NCBI GenBank assembly: GCA_000830315.1
Contig: CP010426.1
Coordinates: 442,743 to 506,742, forward strand
Reading direction: 5' to 3'
Origin: an archaeon GW2011_AR20
GTDB taxonomy: Archaea; Nanobdellota; Nanobdellia; SCGC-AAA011-G17; GW2011-AR20
Length of the DNA: 64,000 nucleotides
The notes under the pieces are model-generated. The model saw nothing but the letters and a program-made list of their open reading frames with translations. It had not been told where the DNA came from and did no database searches. Position 1 is the first letter of the stretch; the number at the start of each line of letters is the position of its first letter. Of this stretch, positions 57,629 to 64,000 are shown in pieces. Made by a program: the position numbers and the translations under genes.

Positions 57629-57771
57629 TTTAAACTACCCTTACTTAATTGGTTGGAACTAGATAAATGATTTTATTTATATAACTCGCGGTTGTATGTC
57701 TGGCGGGAAATTTTAATTTACTAGTTAAAAATATTCTTTAAAATGATTCAAAATGAGATTCAAAAACGATC

Positions 57772-57805
57772 AATCCAGCGCAGTACCAGGTTGTGCCACC
57801 TCGGC
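57772..57805 (-). pseudogene. Orphan 5' fragment of tRNA-Ser (positions 1-34) lacking the 29/30 intron
   Basis: GCCGAGGTGGCACAACCTGGTACTGCGCTG|GATTG matches spliced exon 1 + exon 2 with one mismatch, then diverges. Confidence 0.9.
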
Positions 57806-57830
57806 ATAGAAATTATTGTAATTATAATTA

Positions 57831-57843
57831 ATTTAAATGTTTC
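57831..57843 (-). promoter_or_regulatory. BRE/TATA promoter upstream of the orphan tRNA-Ser fragment
   Basis: GAAACATTTAAAT ending 25 nt before G1. Confidence 0.6.
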
Positions 57844-57858
57844 TATAAACCCGATTTA

Positions 57859-57872
57859 GAAAGGTTTAAAAG
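57859..57872 (+). promoter_or_regulatory. BRE/TATA promoter of the initiator tRNA
   Basis: GAAAGG-TTTAAAAG ending 23 nt before A1 at 57896. Confidence 0.65.
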
Positions 57873-57895
57873 TGTTCAATTTGTTCTAATTTCAT

Positions 57896-58080
57896 AGCGG
57901 AGTAGGACAGAAGTAATTAAATTACTGTCGAATCTGGAGTGTCCGTCGAAATAGAAATCCTATTGCGTAAGGCTCATAAGACTGTTTGAGACACCCGAAA
58001 ATATAAGATTTAATCTATATTCGGGACGGTCAGTGGTTCAAAGCGATATCTAAAATTTCGAGGAAGTCCACTCTCCGCTA
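57896..58080 (+). tRNA. Initiator tRNA-Met(CAU) with five introns: 57911-57932 (15/16), 57949-57970 (29/30), 57979-57992 (37/38), 58000-58027 (44/45), 58043-58066 (59/60; alternative register 58042-58065, 58/59)
   Basis: Six exons give AGCGGAG TA GGAC AGTCTGGAGT GTCC G TCGGG CTCATAA CCCGA AGGTC AGTGG TTCAAAT CCACT CTCCGCT A (75 nt), all four stems paired; A1-U72, G11-C24 and three G-C pairs at 29-31/39-41 are initiator hallmarks. Confidence 0.92.
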
Positions 58081-58681
58081 CATTCTCATTTAAAAAGGAA
58101 TTTATTCTACTTATATTTTTTTGATTATTTGAACCAATTATTTTATCCCACTTCTTAAGCTCTCTTTTACCATTTATTTGAACCCTAATTTTACCTTTCC
58201 CTATCTGGTAGGCTCCGAATTTAAAACCATATTTATTTAAAATACTTAAAAATTGATTTTGCATTGGTGAAGGCATAACCTTCATTTCTATTCTAGGATA
58301 TCTTACGCCATTATTGTTCACAATTGATAAACAACCGTCTGTATCAAAATAACCTCTAATAACCTCCTTATCATAGCGCAATGCGGAAGATGGTATTATT
58401 GCACGATTCCACTTAGGTGATTTCATAAGACCAATTTTATTTATTAAAATATTTATTATCTTTTGATTAAATATAAATAAATCAATCGCATTCTCGTTCT
58501 TTCTCTTTTTTATTATTGGTTTGACCTTAAATAATTTTATTACCAAATTTTTAATATAATTTAAATATGCTAAATCATCAATGAAATTAAGAGTAATTTT
58601 TATTCTATTATATTTTCTAGATATATGCCCATTACCCAATAAAACTCCTATAAATTCTGCTAAATCTCTATTAATCTCCAC
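58010..58681 (-). CDS. Free-standing two-motif LAGLIDADG protein (first motif GNG), antisense-overlapping the tRNA-iMet 3' half
   Basis: LAEFIGVLLGNG and EVIRGYFDTDG; GTG start; stop at 58010-58012 lies in intron 4. Confidence 0.85.
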   Translation of the reverse strand: MEINRDLAEFIGVLLGNGHISRKYNRIKITLNFIDDLAYLNYIKNLVIKLFKVKPIIKKRKNENAIDLFIFNQKIINILINKIGLMKSPKWNRAIIPSSALRYDKEVIRGYFDTDGCLSIVNNNGVRYPRIEMKVMPSPMQNQFLSILNKYGFKFGAYQIGKGKIRVQINGKRELKKWDKIIGSNNQKNISRINSFLNENVAESGLPRNFRYRFEPLTVPNID

Positions 58682-58769
58682 ACAAGAATTAATACGTTCT
58701 TATTTATAAATAAAACCGGTGCGGTTGTCACTTGGGTAATTGGGAAATAATATATATTTTGTAGAATAA

Positions 58770-59771
58770 CTAATTTAAAGAAAGTATAGAAATAACATTT
58801 TTTAATAATTTATCTGGAGGCAACCCGCTTGCTTGATGATGGTACCATTTTCCCTTCCCAATCTCTTCTAAGTATATTCCTTCATAATAGTTATTGGTTA
58901 TATCTTTAGCTATTGAATATGCCCCGTTTCTGATTGCAGTTATTCCGTTTCTAGAATCTCCTCCTGAACCAGATGCACTTGTCCAGCCGATTGTTAAAGG
59001 GTGATTCATTATATTGTCCGGATATATTGTAGGAATATTATTAGAAGTACCAATAGAGCTTATTATTGGATATAAAACATTAGCATTATCATTACCTTGC
59101 GTAAATACAGAATAACCATTATCATAAAGATCTTTGTATAAGGCTGTTTTACTACAACCCCAAAAAGATTTGAGACATGCTACAATATCTGGATCATAAT
59201 TATCTACTTGCGCTTTTGTTGTAACACCAGTATCTAAAATAACTTCATAACCAAGGGTAGTTAATTTATTCCGCCATGAATTGTAGCCAGATTGCTCTTC
59301 TATAACCAATATTTTAGATTTCCTGAGGTTTTCAACCTTACCAGAAGATTCTCCAGTTATTGTATGTGAAAGGCCACCCGATTTTCCCGTGTAATCTAAA
59401 GTGAATCTAGCTGTAAATTTATCCCCCTTATCTAATGTTATAATACATCCAAAATAATCTTCCATCTTATCAAGATTTATACTAAAAGGATTACAATTTT
59501 GGCTATTTACTTCCATATTTGTGACTATTGCAGATGCTATGCCTCCTGTTTTTGCAATTTTTATTATTATACTATTCTCATCTGCTACTGCATCTTTACA
59601 AACAAAAGGCAAGTCAACTTGGCATGTATTTGGCGTACTTGGATTAAAAACGCCAAAAGCAAACAACACAGCAAGAACAATTAAAACAATTAAAATAGCC
59701 CAGCCATAAGTCATCAGAAATTCCATTGCTGTCTGGGATTTCTTACCTATAAATTTATTATATAATTTCAT
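58770..59771 (-). CDS. Class III signal peptide (type IV pilin-like) protein with a C-terminal extra domain
   Basis: KKSQTAMEFLMTYGWAILIVLIVLAVLF. Confidence 0.75.
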   Translation of the reverse strand: MKLYNKFIGKKSQTAMEFLMTYGWAILIVLIVLAVLFAFGVFNPSTPNTCQVDLPFVCKDAVADENSIIIKIAKTGGIASAIVTNMEVNSQNCNPFSINLDKMEDYFGCIITLDKGDKFTARFTLDYTGKSGGLSHTITGESSGKVENLRKSKILVIEEQSGYNSWRNKLTTLGYEVILDTGVTTKAQVDNYDPDIVACLKSFWGCSKTALYKDLYDNGYSVFTQGNDNANVLYPIISSIGTSNNIPTIYPDNIMNHPLTIGWTSASGSGGDSRNGITAIRNGAYSIAKDITNNYYEGIYLEEIGKGKWYHHQASGLPPDKLLKNVISILSLN

Positions 59772-59822
59772 TTCTCATCTCTTTATTATAAATTAGAAAT
59801 AAATAATCTTATTTAAACTTTT

Positions 59823-60326
59823 TTATAATAAGAATTTCTTGTAGCTTCTGTCCAAATCAACAAATTCATCAGCTGTTTCTTTTAATTTGATGCTTGCACT
59901 TCTTCCAAAAGCGATTACTTCAACCCTACAGCCCATTGCCCTTTGCAAATGCTCGATTAATTCTTTATAATCGCCGTCGCCAGAAACCAAAATTATTGTA
60001 TCAAGCTTGGGTGCTAGTTCAATGCAGTCCATTGCTATGCCAATATCCCAGTCTCCCTTTTTCATCCCGCCGTAAAATATCTGTAATTCCTTGGCCTTGA
60101 TTTCAAATCCTATATTCTCAAGGGCATCAAAAAAACTTTTTTCCTTTAATTCCTGGGCCTCAACAACATAGGCTATGGCCCTTATCAAATTCCTGCCCTT
60201 AACAGCTTCCTGTAAAATAGATTTAAAATTAACCTTTGCCTTATACAAATTCTTGGCAGAGTAATACATATTCTGCACATCGACAAAAACACCTACCCTT
60301 TGTTGCTTATTTACCCTTATAGCCAT
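59823..60326 (-). CDS. NYN domain (LabA/DUF88) protein
   Basis: VFVDVQNMY; KKGDWDIGIAMD; LVSGDGDY. Confidence 0.9.
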   Translation of the reverse strand: MAIRVNKQQRVGVFVDVQNMYYSAKNLYKAKVNFKSILQEAVKGRNLIRAIAYVVEAQELKEKSFFDALENIGFEIKAKELQIFYGGMKKGDWDIGIAMDCIELAPKLDTIILVSGDGDYKELIEHLQRAMGCRVEVIAFGRSASIKLKETADEFVDLDRSYKKFLL

Positions 60327-60380
60327 TAAAATTAAGAAAGTTAAAGAGTTTAAATAGCTTTCTAAATAATTTTTATAATG

Positions 60381-60418
60381 GAAAAGTTTATAAACTGAAA
60401 TTACGTAATATTACGTAG
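60381..60418 (+). promoter_or_regulatory. BRE/TATA promoter with tandem TTACGTAA-type palindromes
   Basis: GAAAAGTTTATA at 60381-60392; TTACGTAA at 60401-60408 and TTACGTAG at 60411-60418, just before the ATG. Confidence 0.5.
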
Positions 60419-60419
60419 T

Positions 60420-61211
60420 ATGGAAATAGTAGCGAAAGTAAGCCGGGGAAGCAAAATGGATCAAATTTATTTGCCAAAAAATAGGTTTGGTTTCGCTCCA
60501 GGAAATAATGTTTTGGTTAGAGAGTTAACTCATGAAAAACAGGAAAAATTATTCTTTTATAATATAAAAAAAATTGAAAAAATTAAAATAATGATTATAA
60601 ATGAAATTTTTAATCTTTTAAATAAATATAATTTTGATAATATAATAATTACTGGATCGTTTTTAGAAGAGGGATTTAATTTTAATGATGTAGATATGGT
60701 TTTAATTAAAGATAAAGAGCTTAGATTAAACGATGTTAAAGATGAGCTTAAAGAAAATTTAGGAATTAATTTTCATCTTATTTTAATAGACAATAAATCA
60801 TTATTGAAAGGCATATCAACAGACCCATTATTTCAGACAATGTTAAGCAAACATATAAGTAAAAAAAGATTTATTTACAATGTCAAACCAGAAATTAGAT
60901 ATAGATTATTGGATATGCATTTATTAAAAAGTAATTTGTTAATGGAACATTTTGATGTTCTAAAATTAAATGAAAAATTGGATTTATTAAGAAATTTAAT
61001 TTCTATAAACTTATTTATAATAAAAAAACAGATTATTTCCAAAGAAGAGGTTTACGATAAGATAAAAGAATTATTCGGCGATAATATAATAGAAGACTTG
61101 AAAAATAATCTAGTTGATAAAAAAAAGTTTATTAAAAAATATAAACAAATATATAATAAAACTTTTAATAAGATTTTAGAAGGTGTACGAAATGAGTCAA
61201 AACAGAAATAA
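60420..61211 (+). CDS. AbrB-like N-terminus plus nucleotidyltransferase (MNT-like) domain protein
   Basis: AKVSRGSKMDQIYLPK...PGNNVLV; ITGSFLEEGFNFNDVD. Confidence 0.65.
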   Translation: MEIVAKVSRGSKMDQIYLPKNRFGFAPGNNVLVRELTHEKQEKLFFYNIKKIEKIKIMIINEIFNLLNKYNFDNIIITGSFLEEGFNFNDVDMVLIKDKELRLNDVKDELKENLGINFHLILIDNKSLLKGISTDPLFQTMLSKHISKKRFIYNVKPEIRYRLLDMHLLKSNLLMEHFDVLKLNEKLDLLRNLISINLFIIKKQIISKEEVYDKIKELFGDNIIEDLKNNLVDKKKFIKKYKQIYNKTFNKILEGVRNESKQK

Positions 61212-61533
61212 ATTAATAGAATTATTTATTGGAAATTCTTCTAATGTGGTTATTCATAAAGTACTTGGAAAAGCAACAGACAATTTAGATACCCATTCTA
61301 GATATGAAAAAGAAGTGCAAAATAGTCTAAAAAAAGCTTTAAAATATAGAAATATCATAAACCCAATTAATGAAAAATTAAACGAAAAGGATGTTAATTA
61401 TATTAAAAATAAAATTATTAGAAATGTAAAATCAGAACTAACTTCTAGAATAATTAAAGGTTATAAAAATGTTAATTTAACTTTAATCGAAACTTTTGTA
61501 GAGGAATTTTTGAAACAAAGTAAAATTATTTAA
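61183..61533 (+). CDS. Hypothetical helical protein, possible toxin partner
   Basis: Overlaps the upstream MNT-like gene; no canonical Rx4-6H. Confidence 0.5.
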   Translation: MYEMSQNRNKLIELFIGNSSNVVIHKVLGKATDNLDTHSRYEKEVQNSLKKALKYRNIINPINEKLNEKDVNYIKNKIIRNVKSELTSRIIKGYKNVNLTLIETFVEEFLKQSKII

Positions 61534-63250
61534 TATTAAAGAATTTCTTAATATCCCTTAACCTGTATGTATTAATGACATCCTTTTTTGTCGCCCAGCC
61601 GCGTCTTGCTTGAGACACGCCGTATTTAATAAATCTAAAATGGTCTGTGTGATGCGAATCAGTATTAACAACAATCTTTACATCATTATCTACCGCATTT
61701 TTAATGTAAATGTCTTTTAAATCCAATCTCTCTGGAAACGAGTCAACTTCCAGGGCGATATTGTTTTCCCTGCAAGTTTTGAATATTGTATTGAAATCAA
61801 ATTGTATCTCTGGCCTTGTATTAATTAACCTTGTAGTCGGATGCCCAAATATATTTACCAATCCTGTTTCAAAGGCCCTAACCAAGCATTTTGTCATCTC
61901 TTCCTTGCTTTGCTTAAAGCCGGAATGCACAGAGCCAATTACAATGTCTAATTTTTTTAACACACCTTCATCCAAATCCAGTTCCCCGTTGCTTTTAATA
62001 TCAACCTCCATTCCTGTAAATATTTTTATATCATTGAACTTACTTTGCAGTTTTTTGATTTCATTAATCTGCTTTAATATTCTTGATTCATTCAAACCGT
62101 TTGCAATTGCCCTTGCTTTGCTGTGGTCTGTTATTGCGATGTATTTGTATTTTAATCTCCTGGCTTCATTAATCATGTCAATTAAAGAACTATTTCCGTC
62201 GCTATAAGTTGTATGCAGGTGCAGATCTCCTTTAATATCCCTGTAATCAACCAGCTTCGGGAGTTTATTTTGTTTTGCAAGTTCAATCTCGCCATTATTT
62301 TGCCTTAATTCCGGCTCAATATAACTTAACCCGAGTTTATTATATAATTCCTGCTCACTTTTCAGGGGAATCATCTTATTGTTTTTCTTGTAAAACAACC
62401 CATATTCGCTTAACTTCAATCCTTTTTTTATTGCTATGCTCCTTAAAGCAATATTGTGCTCTTTATTCCCTGTAAAATATTGCAACGCCGCAGCATAATT
62501 TTTATCCTCAAGAACTCGAATGTCAGATTGTATGCCTTGTTTTAAAATAACCATTGTCTTGGTTTCTCCCTTTGCCAAAACCCTTGAAACATCCGGCAGT
62601 TTGGTAAAGGCATCCATAATTTTTTTCCTGCTGCTTGAAGTTACCAGAAAATCTATGTCCCCTATTGTCTCCTGCATCCTTCGTAATGAACCGCCAATGT
62701 TAATTTTGTTTACTTCTTTTAATTTTTTTAATTCAGTTAAAATATTCTCTGCGATTGGCAAGGCATTTCCAAGTAAAAATCTTCCCTTGCCTTTTTTCTT
62801 TAATTCAATTGCTTTCTGGATATTTTCCTCGCTTTTTAAGCCAAATCCTTCTAAGTGGGAGATTTTGTGTTTTTTAATTGCTCTCTCCAAATCTTTTAGA
62901 CCCTTTACATTTAGTTTTTTATATAGAACCTTGATTCTGCTCGGACCCAGCCCCATGACATTCATTAATTCAAATAAGCCTTTTGGCAAGCTGGATTTTA
63001 ATCTTTCATAACCTTTAATTTTTTTAGTTTCAATGTATTCAACTATTTTTTTGGCTAGCGCTTCTCCTACTCCCGGAATTTCCATTAGTCCTTTTGTTCC
63101 ATCATTTTTGTAAATTTCAACCAAATCTTTTTCAAGTGATTCAATTGCCTGAGCGGCTTTTCTATATGCCCTCGGTTTCCACTCTACATCTTTTAGTTCT
63201 AGAACATCTGCTATTTCATAAAATATCCTTGCAACCTCATCATTAATCAT
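61526..63250 (-). CDS. polX: DNA polymerase X / PHP 3'-5' exonuclease
   Basis: YRKAA, PGVG HhH, GSLRR, GDIDFL, YFTGNKEHN, DLHLHT, TDHS, HPTTR, NTDSH. Confidence 0.93.
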   Translation of the reverse strand: MINDEVARIFYEIADVLELKDVEWKPRAYRKAAQAIESLEKDLVEIYKNDGTKGLMEIPGVGEALAKKIVEYIETKKIKGYERLKSSLPKGLFELMNVMGLGPSRIKVLYKKLNVKGLKDLERAIKKHKISHLEGFGLKSEENIQKAIELKKKGKGRFLLGNALPIAENILTELKKLKEVNKINIGGSLRRMQETIGDIDFLVTSSSRKKIMDAFTKLPDVSRVLAKGETKTMVILKQGIQSDIRVLEDKNYAAALQYFTGNKEHNIALRSIAIKKGLKLSEYGLFYKKNNKMIPLKSEQELYNKLGLSYIEPELRQNNGEIELAKQNKLPKLVDYRDIKGDLHLHTTYSDGNSSLIDMINEARRLKYKYIAITDHSKARAIANGLNESRILKQINEIKKLQSKFNDIKIFTGMEVDIKSNGELDLDEGVLKKLDIVIGSVHSGFKQSKEEMTKCLVRAFETGLVNIFGHPTTRLINTRPEIQFDFNTIFKTCRENNIALEVDSFPERLDLKDIYIKNAVDNDVKIVVNTDSHHTDHFRFIKYGVSQARRGWATKKDVINTYRLRDIKKFFNIK

Positions 63251-63323
63251 GATAATGCTAATGAAAACTGATTAAAATAACTTTCTAATAAAGTTTATAA
63301 AAGCTTTAATATGCTGGACTAGA

Positions 63324-63977
63324 ATGGTTAATGTTTTGGGTATAGATGAAGCAGGCAAGGGTCCGGTTCTCGGCTCTTTATTTATATGCGGTGTTTTAAT
63401 CGAAGAAAAAGATACATCTAAACTAAAAAAGATAGGTGTTAAGGATAGTAAGTTATTAACACATAAAAAGCGCATCGAACTGGCAAAAGAGATTAAGAAA
63501 ATAGCTAAGAAATATAAGATTGTTCAGATTAAGCCAGAAGAAATCGATAAAGCAGTAAGTCATGATCATGGTATGAATTTAAACTGGCTAGAAGCCCATA
63601 AAACAGCTTTGATAATAAATGAATTAAATCCAGATAAAGCAATTATTGACTGCCCAAGCCCGAATACAAGAAAATACCAGGAGTATTTATTAAATTTGCT
63701 TAATAATAAGAACGTTGAGCTGGTTGTTGAGCATAAGGCAGAAAAATATTATCCTGTCGGAGCAGCTTCAATTCTTGCAAAATGCGCTCGCGAGGAAGAG
63801 ATGGATGATATAAAGAAAAAATATGGAAATACTGGTCCTGGATACTCTTCAAATGCCATAACACAGAAATTTGTCAAAGAAAATTTTGACAGACATCCTG
63901 AGATTTTCAGAAAATCCTGGAGCACATGGAAGAACCATGCTCAGGCTAAAAACCAAAAAAAATTAGACGAGTTTTAA
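63324..63977 (+). CDS. rnhB: Ribonuclease HII
   Basis: GIDEAGKGPVLG, GVKDSK, HKAE, VGAASILAK, GPGY. Confidence 0.93.
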   Translation: MVNVLGIDEAGKGPVLGSLFICGVLIEEKDTSKLKKIGVKDSKLLTHKKRIELAKEIKKIAKKYKIVQIKPEEIDKAVSHDHGMNLNWLEAHKTALIINELNPDKAIIDCPSPNTRKYQEYLLNLLNNKNVELVVEHKAEKYYPVGAASILAKCAREEEMDDIKKKYGNTGPGYSSNAITQKFVKENFDRHPEIFRKSWSTWKNHAQAKNQKKLDEF

Positions 63978-64000
63978 AAGCGAAAGATTTATATAGCTAT

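Noticed and set aside
56881-57771. Single large (group I or BHB) intron containing the endonuclease and joining the orphan 5' fragment to the 3' exon
   Set aside because: It would give a GAU anticodon with C37 on a Ser body; no group I core is recognisable; the downstream copy already forms a complete two-intron gene
58060-58069. GAGGAAGTCC resembling the RNase P RNA P4 motif
   Set aside because: Fully explained as the intron-5 3' end joined to the T-arm of tRNA-iMet; no RNase P architecture around it
58682-58769. Orphan tRNA-iMet 3' fragment beyond the second LAGLIDADG gene
   Set aside because: Only a very weak resemblance (ggtgcggttgtcact); no alignable T-arm or acceptor sequence, so this HEG is not counted among the duplicated-end cassettes
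60327-60380. Duplicated polX tail flanking the AbrB-MNT module (also sought around 2540-2590/3750-3830 and 37120-37140)
   Set aside because: No convincing direct repeat found by eye at these three TA loci
399-63475. Numerous short ORFs in the track overlapping longer genes (e.g. 399-629, 3118-3429, 19737-20042, 41434-41820, 52474-52902, 56723-56926, 56866-57057, 61710-62207, 62520-63011)
   Set aside because: Antisense or alternate-frame shadows of well-supported genes or tRNAs, with no recognisable motifs
1-64000. CRISPR array, IS element, integrase or rRNA gene
   Set aside because: No regularly spaced repeats, transposase/recombinase motifs or rRNA-like sequence seen

Overview
AT-rich archaeal window, most likely from a DPANN lineage (Pacearchaeota/Woesearchaeota-like). 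Support for archaeal origin: AglB, Dph5/Dph6, TrmY, an A1-U72 initiator tRNA, BHB-type tRNA introns and BRE/TATA promoters; the lineage call itself is inference. 1-31.6 kb is a large surface-glycosylation cluster: GT2/GT4/GT9 enzymes, four GT-C membrane proteins, a flippase, an AglH-like transferase, AglB, dTDP-sugar enzymes, four SAM methyltransferases and an FkbH-like gene. 31.6-39 kb mixes translation-modification genes with several toxin-antitoxin-like modules. 39.3-51.3 kb encodes a 4019-aa surface protein (S8 protease, three nested LamG pairs, Ig-like repeats). 52-64 kb holds housekeeping and repair genes and an unusual tRNA locus. That locus contains (i) an initiator tRNA-Met gene split by FIVE BHB-like introns, which reassembles into a fully paired 75-nt cloverleaf, and (ii) a tRNA-Ser(GCU) with two introns and an 8-nt anticodon micro-exon. 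Each tRNA is overlapped by a free-standing LAGLIDADG gene, and an intron-less orphan copy of the tRNA-Ser 5' end sits on the far side of one of them. A second recurring pattern: three integrase-free cassettes of 0.8-1.1 kb (MNT-HEPN, RHH-PIN, LAGLIDADG) are each flanked by a duplicated end of the host gene, and the two protein-coding duplicates differ mostly at synonymous sites. All calls come from reading motifs by eye; no database searches were run.
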